64,000 nucleotides of DNA, from positions 124,001 to 188,000 of the forward strand of contig NW_026963354.1 in NCBI RefSeq assembly GCF_036588685.1, read 5' to 3'. A model generated the notes under the pieces. That model was given only the letters and a program-made list of their open reading frames with translations. It was not told where the DNA came from and ran no database searches. The stretch comes from Mytilus trossulus. Its lineage: Eukaryota. Both the position numbers and the translations under genes were made by a program. Positions 12,866 through 25,447 of the stretch are shown here, piece after piece; within the stretch, counting starts at the first letter, position 1; each line of letters opens with the position of its first letter.

Positions 12866-14042
12866 CGGTGTAATATAGTCATTCTTCCCCATGCCAGGTT
12901 TCCCCCTGGGGAAAGACTGACATGAGCCAAATTTTCCTCCGGGGAAATTTTGGATCATTGTGATTCTTCTCCTGCGGAAAGTTGACAATACGTATACATA
13001 TAGTAACTTTTCCCCCATGCCAATCTTTCCCCCATCATAGATTTCACTATGTATATATAGAGTGGAAATTAAACCGAACAGTGTTAGAATTAGATTTATT
13101 TATAAATATACAAATTTGTTGTTCATTTACATTTACACAAATCTGTCTACAGGTTTATCAGTCTGTCTATGAGTCAACAAGTCTGTCTTTCTGTTCAACA
13201 GTCTTTCTATGTGTCCCCTAGTCTTTTTACATGTTTAAATCACTGTTTATATGTCCGCATGCAAGGAAAAATTTACTGACTGACCAGAAGAGGTTAAAGT
13301 AATTGTATGTATTTGGTCAATGATACTAAGGGTCCACGAAAGAGAATGGATGTGATCAGAATGTGCTTCGTGTGAATAAATATATAACATGAAGAAGATG
13401 TGATATGAGTGACAATGAGACAACTCTCCATCCAAATAAAAATTTATAAAAGTAAATCATAAAAGGCCTTCAACACGGAGCCTTGGCTCACACCGAACAA
13501 CAAGTTATAAAGGGCCCCAAAATTACTAGTGTAAAACCATTCAACTGTCCAAGTTATATAAAAAAAAAACGAGAAACGAGAAACACGTATAAATTACATA
13601 AACAAACGACAACTACTGTACATTAGATTCCTGACTTAGGACAGGTGCCATTATTTGCAGCGGGGTTAAACGTTTTAATGGTACCAAACCTTCTCCCTTT
13701 TTCTGAAACAATATTATAACATTACAACATAGAAAAACACATTATAAATACATATCAAATGTATATTCACACGATGAAGCTTTGGTAACTATAAACTGAG
13801 AAAAAAGTTGCTATCATTTAAAAAATCTTATCGTGACGTCGCCGACGTTATATTACAAGGCGGAAAATTTAGCTTATCATGCTACTCACGGGTGAAAAAA
13901 TGGCCTGATCCTAGTTTTCCCCCTTATAACGCTGAGGGGGAAAAGTGGGATCATGCCAATTTTTCCGGGGGGAAATATTGGATCGATCCAGTATTTCCCC
14001 CCGGAAATTTTGGCATGGGGGAAGAATGGCTTTAGGACACCG
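12866..14042. mobile_element. Non-autonomous TIR element with GC-rich subterminal repeats
   Basis: CGGTGT.AT..AGTCATTCTTCCCCATGCC at the left end is inverted to GGCATGGGGGAAGAATGGCTTTAGGACACCG at the right end; repeated TTTCCCCCGGGGAAA-like motifs; nested common repeat at ~13396-13740. Confidence 0.65.
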
Positions 14043-14635
14043 CCTTCTCCGGAAAAGCGTTTTTTCCGAAACAGATAAATCTCCATATTAGTCAACATAT
14101 GCCACTATTCCGATGCAACCAGAACTAAATTGAAATTTCTCATTAGGATGAAAAAGAACACCTGTCGCTTCAACACGTAACCGTTAGGTTTATTTTATAG
14201 GTTTATGGGGGATTTTTTTCCATTAGGTTCATAGATCAAAGAGAAAGCTATAGCTAGTAATTTTTATACTAGTAATTCGATTAATAGACAAAAAGCATGT
14301 GAAAGATCTATATTATCATAAACCAATACATGTAGTTACATAGAAGACACTATTGTAATGATAACAAATATTGAAAATAACATGTGTGAAACCAGAATTA
14401 CTATTATATAAATTAGAATCTTATACACAATTCTTTGGTTTAGACACATAAATAGTAGTTTTTAACTATGAGGACAGATACCCTTTCTCGAATATAAATT
14501 TAATTTCATGTTTGATAACTATACTGATATGAATGTAATAATATTTATGTTGTTATTACAAAAATATGATAAGAATTGGTTTGTTTTATCTTTGAAAAAA
14601 ATCTCGACATATGCTTTTATAATCCGATATTTTTT

Positions 14636-15002
14636 CAAGCTTTCTTTTCTATATACGATATAAGGGAACTAACTCAAGCTTTCTATTCTATATACGATAT
14701 AAGGTAACTAACTCAAGCTTTCTTTTCTATATACGATATAAGGGTACTAACTCAAGCTTTCTTTTCTTTATACGATATAAGGGAACTAACTCAAGCTTTC
14801 TTTTCTATATTCGATATAAGGGAACTAACTCAAGCTTTCTTTTCTATATACGATATAAGGTAACTAACTCAAGCTTTCTTTTCTTTATACGATATAAGGG
14901 AACTAACTCAAGCTTTCTTTTCTATATACGATATAAGGGAACTAACTCAAGCTTTCTTTTCTATATGCGATGTAAGGGAACTAACTCAAGCTTTCTTTTC
15001 TT
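14636..15002. repeat. 39-bp minisatellite
   Basis: CAAGCTTTCTTTTCTATATACGATATAAGGGAACTAACT, about 9 copies. Confidence 0.9.
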
Positions 15003-15159
15003 TAAAAGAATCACCTGTGTAAATTAAAACAAAATGTGAAAAGCTGTTTTTCTGATGGATAAAATAGTCAGAATAAATTTTTATTAAAACAAATCTGATT
15101 ACTAACAATACTGTTATTAAACTTGGCTATCTTTATGCATCAATTTCATTTGAAGTGTA

Positions 15160-15540
15160 CATGGATCCAACATGGACAGTTGCATTAGACTTTCCGTATT
15201 TGCGTAAACTGGCAAATTACATAGTATCCCTGTGTTGTTTGGTCCTGATAGTATTTTATGTGATAAATGTGGGAAACTTTTCACCGACCCGTATATTCAC
15301 GCAATTTCGTCGTGTGACTATTTATCCGACATTGGGGATGAATACTGGTGCGAGGTACTATGCTTAAACCCAATAACTATCAGTGCCTTTCTTGGTTCCT
15401 TACATGATGAAGACTTTTGTTACATTTTACTCTCATGCGAAACCGAATTTGAACGACTGCGAGCAGAAAAAAAGCGTTTTCAATTTTTATGCGTGAAACA
15501 TGTTTTCAGATTTTGCAAATCATTTTCTCATTCCTAATTG
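15160..15540 (+). mobile_element. Possible LINE ORF2 C-terminal relic
   Basis: LCDKCGKLFTDPYIHAISSC...YW resembles the C-terminal Cys/His motif of LINE ORF2. Confidence 0.35.
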
Positions 15541-15651
15541 ACAATATGATTAAGTTCAAAGTTTTTTCTCAATCCGAATAAACAATGTAAATTAAGTTGA
15601 GAGTACTTTTAATTATTATTTTTTCTTTCGTGTGGTTTTTTTCTATTCAAA

Positions 15652-16241
15652 GGAGTAGGTCCGGTAAGGACCGATTTTGGCCTCAAATTTCATGTTCATC
15701 TAACGAAAGATTTTTGACACTTTTTAAACACTTAAGTGTCTATTTCAATTGATTTGATTAGGTTTTTTGTGAAAGATTTTAACTGATTTAGTCATTAAAA
15801 ACGCTCAGATTCAAGCTGATGTATGAAGAATCTATCAAATATGCCAAAAAACGTAACTTTTCAGATCAGTGGTTTTTGTCAAAAATGAAAGTTGCCGCAT
15901 CCGTGTTCATCCTCAACCTTTATATATTTTATGTATTATTATCAAATACAACTTACATTTCAATATTATGAATGCGGCCACTTTCATTTAAGACGGAAAC
16001 TGTCTAAAATTTAACTAAAATGCAAAAATTGTGAAAATTTCAGTAAATTTCAGTCATTCAACATGCCTTAATGATCGATGCTAGTACCCGATATATGTAC
16101 ATTTTATTGACAAAAACAACCTATATTTACGTAGCAGAAGCATTCTACTTTTCAATAAATAGCTAAAAGATTACAATTTCATAATTTTGTAAAACTGCTA
16201 TATTTTGGGGCCAAAAAAGGGGTCTTACTGAACATACTCCT
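15652..16241. mobile_element. TIR element (AGGAGTAGGTCCGGTAAG...CTTACTGAACATACTCCT); second copy at ~37511-38010
   Basis: Inverted ends; internal sequence is clearly shared with 37511-38010. Confidence 0.7.
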
Positions 16242-16309
16242 TTTTATATATTGTGTTATGCATTAATATTGTATTGGTATCACTATCTCTCCTTAGGGAG
16301 GCTAATAAA

Positions 16310-16410
16310 TCCCAGGTGGTCGTGTGGTCTTAGCGGGACGGCTACACGGCGATTTGGTGTCACGATATCTCAGTAGCATGGGTTCGAATATCGGCGAGGG
16401 AAGAACAAAA
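16310..16410 (+). mobile_element. tRNA-like SINE head
   Basis: A-box-like GGTGGTCGTGTGG and B-box GGTTCGAAT; does not fold as a clean tRNA. Confidence 0.5.
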
Positions 16411-17254
16411 TATATATATATAACTCGTCTAAACATCAACCCAACAATGTTAGATACGTAAAATTGCTTTCCACGTCAGTTTTAATCTAGCGTCGTACTA
16501 CAGTAAATGATATATAAGGCAAGGAGATGTTATGTTTACAGATCAGCTCAATTATCTATAGTAAAGGATCCTACAAATTAATGTTAGATACAGTCACAGA
16601 AAAAAATTATCTTTATAAGTACGTCTGAGTCCGTGACAACTCTACAATAGATAAATAAATAAGTCTAAATTGAAAACTACGTTCAAACCTATGATTGCGT
16701 TGGATAAAAGCCGCAATTTTTATACGTTTGCATGTAAAACAAATTTTGTTGTAGAAGAGTCTAACTACAGCACAAACAACATTTTCAAAAAGACCAAAAA
16801 AGTGAAAAGTATATTTAAACAAACGCATTTGACTAACAGGTTGAACAACTGATGTTCTTTAACCCTGCTGACTGCCATTGGCGATTGCAAAATAAAATTG
16901 ATCACGAGATATAACAAAATGGATCTAAATATCAATTTAATACTAAACAGATTTTTTTTTAACTTGTGGTCACGATGTTATGCCACAAACATACGGTGTC
17001 AACATATTTTAGTACACCATTTAGATCCGGATTTCGATAATAAATGTCTCTTCAGTAATGTTAGGAATCGAAACGGTATTTGGAAGGCCATATTAAAAGT
17101 ACCTTCATTTTTAGAAAAAAAGTACACTTATTTTTAGCATGTTTAGATAGACTCTTGAATTTTAATATATATTTCCGAACCATAAAACCTCGTGTGTTAT
17201 AAAGTGATATGAATCCCTATTTACAATTAAGCTTTCTGAAAAGCTTGTAGAGAT

Positions 17255-18730
17255 TGCGTGTCATATCCAATCAGTTTATGTTTTGTGTCATGTCCTATCC
17301 GGCATGTAATGATTGAGTGTCATATCCTATCCGTCATGTAATGGTTGTGTTTCATATCCTCTCAGTTTAGGAATTTTGCCATATCCTATTCGACATGTAA
17401 TGAGATTGTGTGTCATATCCTCCTAGTAAAGGAATTGTGTGATATCCTATCCGTCATGTAATGATTGTGTCTCATATCCTCTCAGCAGAGGGATTGTGTC
17501 ACATTCTATTCATCATATATTAATTGTGTATCATATCCTCATTATAGCTAGGAGTTTTGCTGTATTATATCCGGCAAGTAATGATTGTGTGTGATAACCT
17601 CTCAGTAAAGGAATTGTGTCATAACTTATTCGTCATAATAATTGTGTGTCATATCCTACCAGTATAGTAATCGTGTCTTATCATATACTTGTATAAAATA
17701 TTACTAAAATTTTACAGTTTAATTACATTTGAAAATATAAAAATCCGTGATAAAATGATCCTTTCAGTATAGGTAGTGTGTCATATCCTCTCAGTATAGG
17801 TAGTGTGTCATATTCTCTCAGTATAGGTAGTGTGCCATATCCTCTCAGTATAGGTAGTGTGTCATATCCTCTCAGTATAGGCATTTTGTCATATCCTCTC
17901 AGTATAGACATTGTGTCATATCCTCTTACCATAGGCATTGTGTCATATCCTCTCAGTAAAGGTAGTGTGTCATATCCTCTCAGTATAGGCATTATGTCAT
18001 ATCCTCTCAGTATAGGTAGTGTGTCATATCCTCTCAGTATAGGCATTGTGTCATATCCTCTCAGTATAGGTAGTGTGTCATATCCTCTCAGTATGGGTAG
18101 TGTGTCATATCCTCTTAGTATAGACATTTTGTCATATCCTCTTAGTATAGACATTTTGTCATATCCTCTCAGTATAGGTAGTGTGTCATATCCTCTCAGT
18201 ATAGGCATTTTGTCATATCCTCTCAGTATAGACATTGTGTCATATCCTCTTACCATAGGCATTGTGTCATATCCTCTCAGTATAGGTAGTGTGTCATATC
18301 CTCTCAGTATAGGTAGTGTGTCATATCCTCTTACTATAGGCATTGTGTCATATCCTCTTACTATAGGCATTGTGTCATATCCTCTCACTATAGGTAGTGT
18401 GTCATATCCTCTCAGTATAGGTAGAGTTTCATATCCTCTCAGTATAGGCATTTTGTCATATCCTCTCAGTATAGACATTGTGTCATATCCTCTTACTATA
18501 GGCATTGTGTCATATCCTCTTACTATAGGCATTGTGTCATATCCTCTTACTATAGGCATTGTGTCATATCGGCTCTCAGTATAGGCATTGTGTCTGTGTC
18601 ATATGCTCTCAGTATAGACATTATGTCATATCCTCTCAGTATAGGTAGTGTGTCATATCCTTTTAGTATAAACATTGTGTCATATCCTTTCAGTAAAGAC
18701 ATTTGTCATATCCTCTACGTATAAACATTG
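17255..18730. repeat. 27-bp satellite (GTGTCATATCCTCTCAGTATAGGTAGT); degenerate part 17255-17690, homogeneous part 17760-18730, resumes ~19676-19795
   Basis: Tandem copies; the 27-bp period explains the stop-free ORFs on both strands. Confidence 0.92.
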
Positions 18731-18732
18731 TG

Positions 18733-19678
18733 TATTATTCCACTGCATAGCAAAATCAACATTTGATTGGTTGAAACTTTGACACGTGACGTCGAACAAA
18801 ACTTCGTATTCACATCTGAGTATCATATTCCCCTCTGACATGTCGGGACTAAATCGTGCGATTTTATGCGCGGTTTATGTACATAACGTCTTGAACTTTT
18901 TATTTTCTAAATAGCAATAGCAAATATCATTATCGTGTTCAAATTTATTTCAGACGTTGAAACAAAAAGACTAACTAAATAATCAATGTTTATCCGTACT
19001 GTTTATCAATATGTATGTCGTGTTCAGTAATGAAAACAAGCCGAATAAGTCTGAAAAAATGCCGGTATGCAAACTAATATTTGAAGTTCAGATAGTATAC
19101 AAAGCTTAGGCAGTGGAATAAAACATTCATTTTCCTTGGCCTCGGGAGATATTAAGATTTGTTCACCCTCGAAAAATCATATTTCCATCGGGCAGAGCCC
19201 TCGTGAAATATGAATATTCTTGGGTGAACAAATCTTCTTATCGGTCGTCCCTCTGTCTATATTACTCTGTTCAGCTCTTAATATTATTCCGTATCATGTC
19301 GTTGTGACGTCAAATACGTTGACCCGGCCTTAATAACTTTGACCCGGACTTATCAGCGACGTCATAATGTTTGAACCGACGTTAATAACTTTGACCCGAA
19401 CTTATCAAGTCATCTTTTGTGTACAGGCGAAACTAAGAAAACACTTCCGAAACACGCAAATATAGCCCGATAAATCGATTATCAGATTATCTGCATATTG
19501 ATATTGTAAAATATCAGCTGCTTGGCATTATATGAAGACTTTTTGATCTCGTTCGCTACGCTCACTCGACAAAAAGCTTCATATCATGTCTCGCAGCTGA
19601 TATTTTACGATATCAACTTGCAGATGACCTGATAATCGGTACATATCTCCCTCAGGCACGGGAAATAAATGTATAATA
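18733..19678. mobile_element. Nested hairpin-rich non-autonomous elements inserted in the 27-bp satellite
   Basis: ATTCCACTGC/GCAGTGGAAT inverted pair; long hairpins at ~19155-19236 and ~19481-19633; the satellite resumes afterwards. Confidence 0.6.
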
Positions 19679-20973
19679 TCCTCTCAGAATTGGCGTTGTG
19701 TCATATCCTCTCAGTTTACGCATTGTGTCATCTCCAATGCATGTAGGTATTGTGTCATATCAAATTCGTGTTGCGAGTATGTGTCATATCCTCTCCATCA
19801 AAACTAGTGCACCATCTCCTGATTTTGAACCTTGTAAAGTAGCTTCTAGCAGATTACAGATTATTAAAACAATGATCAAAGCCTAACCTGCATAGAATCA
19901 TGACCAGTTCCTCTATCAATTAAAATTTAAAAACCGGCAACCAAAAATGTTATTATTTAACAGTCTTTTTTCAGGGTATGTATTTACTTTATACTCAAAA
20001 GAGTTTTCCTGTTGAAGAGATCTTTTCTACTGAATTTTACATTTCGTTCATTTGTTGTATTGTAACACCACTGTCCCAGGGTTAGAGAGAGGGTTGGGCT
20101 AACATTTTAAACCCCGCCATGAGGAGAGGACAGGGGTGAGGGAGACAGACAGAAAGGGAGTGAGAGAAAGGAGAAAGGGGTAAGAGAAAGGAGAGGAAGG
20201 CTGGGAGAAAGGAGAAATAATAAAATATCTCTCCTTTTAAAAAATCATCTAATATTTCAAGAAAAAATATCTCAAAAGGAGATGTTTTATTCTATTGGGA
20301 GAAAGGAGAACGGGGGTAGGAGAAAGGAGAAGAGGGTGGGAGAAGGGAGAAGGGTACCACCCTGTCCTCCCCCTCCGCCATAGTCTGTATGTTTATATAT
20401 ATCTGTCCCAAGTCAGGAGCGTGCAATTTAGTGGTTGTTTTTTGTTGCTGTGTTACATATTTTTTTGGGTACACTAATTAGGCTATTAGCTTTCTCGTTT
20501 GAATTGTTTTAAATTTGTCATTTCGGGGCCTTTTATAGCCGACTATGCGGAATAGGCTTTGTCCATTGTTAAAGGTCGTACGGTGACTTAATTATAGCTG
20601 TTAGTGCAGTCTGTGGGAAGTTGTCTCATTGGTCGCAACCATACCACATTATCTTTTTTATCGACAGATCGATACAGCCCAGTGTTCAATTTAAAGTAAG
20701 ATTATGGTGTTTGTTTGTGTACTGTATTTTGGTTTTTGGTAATACTGTATTATGTTTGTTTCAATAGTAATGCAATATTGTGGGTTTTATTTGTTGTCTC
20801 ATCATATAACGTTGAACATGTTGAATGAAAACGAGAATATTCTTTTTATACATTTAATATCAGTTACATTTTCAATAAGTTAACAATATAAATACAAATA
20901 AATAACAGTTATATTTACAAATAAAATGTGTGTTCACTTTTTAGCACGTTATATTAGTACGTAGATCTTTGTT

Positions 20974-23082
20974 TTAGTCGCTGTAAGTCAGGTCATCTAA
21001 ACTATCAAAGCTGTGTTCTGAGGAACCTACAAAACAAAAAGTAAATACTTATGATTAACAGTATAAACAGTGAATTAGAATAAAAAAAACTTAACACACA
21101 AAATTCGACGAGATGGCACCAATACTTCTTGAAGTTCAGTATTGATAATATAATATAGAGAGGATGTGGTCTAGAGCACTTAAAATGAGACCAAGTGATT
21201 AGTGTCGTACAAAGTGTAGCAAAGATGCGAGTTCGTTTCCCGTCGGGAAAAAAATAGTCAGCATGAAAATCTATCTCTAACACTGTTCCGTTCAAATGAT
21301 CAGACTAACGCAGAAAATAAACATTGTATAAAAAAAATTATTTTTTAAAATGGTTAACTAATATACTTACTGCATTCTTTGGGAACTGGCGAGACCGTGT
21401 TCATCTGCATATTTCTCTTGGATCGTGATCGTGCGTTTTGGAACCAAACTTGTGCAACACGTCTAGTGACTCCAGCTTGGTCGGCAATGGTATCCAAGTC
21501 TTGAGGATCCGGGTTCTGTTCTACATTGAAGTAGGACTGGAAAACATGAATCTGCTCTTCTGTAAAAGCTGTACGCTGTCTCTTGGCTTTACGTTTGCCT
21601 AGACGCTCTGAAAATGTAAATCAATATCGTAGAATGTTTAGGACAAACATTGTTTTGCATTTAATATTTTTTTTCTAAATGTGTTGTAAAACAAATTTTC
21701 AAATAAAAAATTGATTGTAAGTTATACTGAAATGTGTATGATTTTTGTGGAAAGAGGCGCAGACTTTAAAATACAAGTAAATCAAATATATTTGGAAACA
21801 AATCTGCAGGAATATGATGAAAATACAAAAGTTCGCGTTTATAGATATAGGGAGATGTGGTATGAGTGCCAATAAGACTGTGACAACATTACATCCAACT
21901 TATTAATATAAATCATTATAGGTCAAGGTACTGTCTTCAACACGGAGCCTTGACTCACACAGAACAGCAAACTATTTTTTACTTAATAAATAAATGCAAA
22001 AGAATAAGCAGACTTACCGTCACCAAGTTTGTTGCCTTGTAAAACTTGCAGATAGTGGATCTTGCAGTGCAGTCTGTTGTCATGAAGAGCAAACTGTTCC
22101 CCTGTTGAGAGTTGTCTGTTGCAGACACTGCAGCTAAAGCAGTTTAAGTGGTAACAGTTGTCATGTGCTTTCCTGACCCAATCGTCACTGGTGATCGTAA
22201 CATTGCATTTGGAACACTGTGGACCAAATTCCCTGAAAAATAAAAATAATAAAATTAGTATACAAGTTGATTGAAAATCGCGTCGTAATTGTAAACCTTT
22301 TGAATTGATGTGTTTAAGCATTTAAATGTAAATTTATAGGCACAATATGCAAAACTGATGTGTCTTTAAATATATTTCCACTAAATGGGAACTATAAAGA
22401 CGAAAACACGCGTCATCCAAGGTGGTACCGTCTCAATATTTCGAACTTGTTACTCTTTATAGAGATTATTTCTGTATCGATATAAGTGTACTTATATTAT
22501 ACTTACTCTTTTCTGCAGTAGATGTTTCCCCCTCTGACGTAACAGGTGTTGTGGTTGTCCAGTATGGTATGACAATGTGAGCACCGGAGACAGGTCGGAT
22601 GCCAGGACTGGTCATTTAGACGGAGGACGTATTGGTCTTCTACAACTCCATTACAGCCGTAGCAAACATGTACAGTAGCCTGTTAATATAAATAGTAGAA
22701 TAATGAAATACGGAAACATTAGAGTTTTATAAATTAATGATAAAATTTAAATTGAAAACTACTAATTCATTAAGTGGATTGAAATAATATTTATAAAACG
22801 AATTTATTATAAAAAAATATATTACAGCAAATAATATATATTAGTGAAATGAAATAATATGTTACTTTATCTAATTGGTAAAATAAAAAATTCTTGTCGG
22901 TTCTATTTTCAAATTAACACGGAATAGATAATTTGTATATTTACCGTTGGGAATGTGTATTCAAAAACCGAGTCCGGAGATGAACAGTTTTCATCTTCAT
23001 AACTTGTACTGCACTGGAATGTAAAATTACCGGAATCTTCAAACTCAAAGCTGTTGTGTGCAATGTCGGTTAAAGTACCCAT
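20974..23082 (-). CDS. Awh: LIM-homeobox protein, Arrowhead/Lhx6-8-like, copy B (~271 aa); exons 23082-22945, 22679-22507, 22232-22018, 21607-21371, 21026-20974
   Basis: GT-AG introns with the same phases as copy A; two LIM domains; homeodomain KRQRTAFTEEQIHVFQSYFNVEQNPDPQDLDTIADQAGVTRRVAQVWFQNARSRSKR. Confidence 0.9.
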
Positions 23083-23119
23083 GGTAGATGTATGTATATA
23101 CTTGGAGGACTGTTGGATG

Positions 23120-23362
23120 GAAATGTGATACTTTTGCTGGTGGAATATGGGGTTTTATAGGAAGTTAAAATAGTGTTCACTACTCTCATAGGGGTGAGTA
23201 CAGTTAACGGTACTGTCAGCGTGGGGTAGGGACACTTTACCTACAGTCTATAGTACTCTCAGCGTGGGGTAGGGACACTTGACCACTACAAACAAAACAT
23301 CACTGAACATCCCTGATCATTAATCAGTGGTCACCGTTAATTAACTTTTAATTAATACTCAA
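23120..23362 (-). promoter_or_regulatory. Proximal promoter of Awh-like B: TATAAAA at 23159-23153 and a cluster of homeodomain-type sites at 23315-23360
   Basis: Nearly identical to 34315-34513 upstream of copy C, while the flanks diverge. Confidence 0.7.
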
Positions 23363-24399
23363 ATGGGAAAGCAATGTATTTTTACATGAAAAAAACATGA
23401 AAAAGTTTTAAGAAAATATTACAAAAAATGTTTTCTTACATAATCAATTAATATGTATCATTTAAAATAGTATTTTTAACTTGCAACGGAATTACCTTTT
23501 TTTTTAATTACAAATACATGAAATCCCATTAGATTTCGTTTATTATTCTGGAATATTTTATCACAGTGCATATCCAAAATTCAAAAATATATTTTAGTAC
23601 AGAAAATAGAATCGAATGAATGGCACGACATATCTTTGATACTACAATATATTTTTTTATATAATGTATAGAAATATATATATATATTATATGATATATA
23701 GAAATAGCAAAGTTTTCATTATTTATAACGTAATGAAATTGTTTCGAGGCTAATACGGGAATAAACTGTCAAAAGACAACATCAATATTACAAAAGTTAA
23801 AAATGTTATGTTTATTTCGCTGACATGAAGAGGCCACATTCTTGGGGGCCCAAGATATAGTGTTTTGTTACATGTCTTTTAAGATATTACCACACCTTAT
23901 AAGGATTTCGATTTAATCCAATACATGTAATTGCATTGTCCGTAAGCTGCAGCAACAGTTTTCAGTTGGATGAAAATTTTGAATTTTTCCATTTACTCCC
24001 AATATAAAATTAATAGAAAGATGATTGCCCACGAGACAACTATCCATCAGATACCATAGAATGAGGTGATAACATCTACGTGCGGCCTGCAAAGAGGAAC
24101 AAAAATACAAATCATGTTTCGAGTACGGCTTATTCATTTTCATTCTTCAATAAAACTATTTCCTACATTTATATTTTTAAGAAGGCACAATATTTATTTG
24201 TAACATTTGAAGATTTGCAAATGGCAGCCGCAAGTTCGAAAAATATTCAATGAAAATTATATCTATCTCTGTTCTTTCAGCAACATAATGTTTTTTTTCC
24301 GTTGGGCGTATCCATTATACATACATTACATTGTAAGCACTCTCAATTTTTTTCGATTTAAGAGTTTGAATGTCCCTTTCGTATCATTTGTCTCTCTTT

Positions 24400-25447
24400 A
24401 TTCGTGGAGTATCGGTTCACCTCATTTTATTCGTGAAATATCTTTCGCCTCTCTTTATTCGTTTAGTATAGTTTGTCCCTCTTTTAACGTGAAGTATCGT
24501 TCGCCGCTCTTTTATCGTGAAGTATCTTTCGCCTCTCTTTATTCGTTAAGTACAGTTTGCCCCTCTTTTATCGTGAAGTATCGTTCGCCGCCTTTTTATC
24601 GTAAAGTATCTTTCGCCTCTCTTTTATCGCGAAGTATCGTTCGCCTCTCTTTTATCGTGAAGTATCTTTCGCCTCTCTTTTATCGTAAAGTATCTTTCGC
24701 CTCTCTTTTATCGTGAAGTATCTTTCGCCTCTCTTTTATCGTAAAGTATCTTTCGCCTCTCTTTTATCGTGAAGTATCTTTCGCCTCTCTTTATTCGTTA
24801 AGTATAGTTTGCCCCTCTTTTATCGTGAAGTATCGTTCGCCGCTCTTTTATCGTAAAGTATCTTTCGCCTCTCTTTATTCGTGAAGTATCTTTCGCCTCT
24901 CTTTATTCGTTAAGTATAGTTTGCCCCTCTTTTGTCGTGAATTATCGTTCGCCGCTCTTTTATCGTAAAGTATCTTTCGCCTCTTTTTAATTCGTAAAGT
25001 ATCTTTCGTCTCTCTTTATTTGTAAAGTATAGTTTGCCCCTCTTTTATCGTGAATTATCGTTCGCCACTCTTTTATCGTTAAGTATCTTTGGCCTCTTTT
25101 TATTCGTTAAGTATAGTTTGCCCCTCTTTTATCGCGAAGTATTTTTCGCCTCTCCTCTAACGTAAAGTTTATCGTTTGCTCTTCTTTTATCGTGAAGTAT
25201 CTTTCGCCTCTCTTTATTCGTGATCTTTCGCCTTTCTTTACTCGTGAAGTATCGTTCGCCGCTCTTTATTCGTTAAGTATATTTCGCCCCTCTTTTATCG
25301 CGAAGTATCTCTCACCTCTCTTTATTAGTGAAATATCTTTCGCCTCTCCTCTATCGTAAAGTATCGTTCGCCGCTCTTTTATCGTAAAGTATCGTTTGCC
25401 TCTCTTTATTCGTAAATTATCTTTCGTCTCTCTTTTATCGTGAAGTA
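24400..25447. repeat. ~29-30-bp minisatellite (TCGCCTCTCTTTTATCGTGAAGTATCTT)
   Basis: About 35 tandem variant copies. Confidence 0.9.

Noticed and set aside
16310-16410. tRNA gene
   Set aside because: Has A/B boxes but no cloverleaf; better explained as a SINE head.
17723-18584. 278-aa and 268-aa repetitive ORFs on opposite strands
   Set aside because: Artefacts of a 27-bp (9-codon) satellite; no signal peptide, splice context or unique flanking coding sequence.
24207-24716. 169-aa ORF, and ORFs at 34967-35657
   Set aside because: They run through minisatellites; no coding signature.
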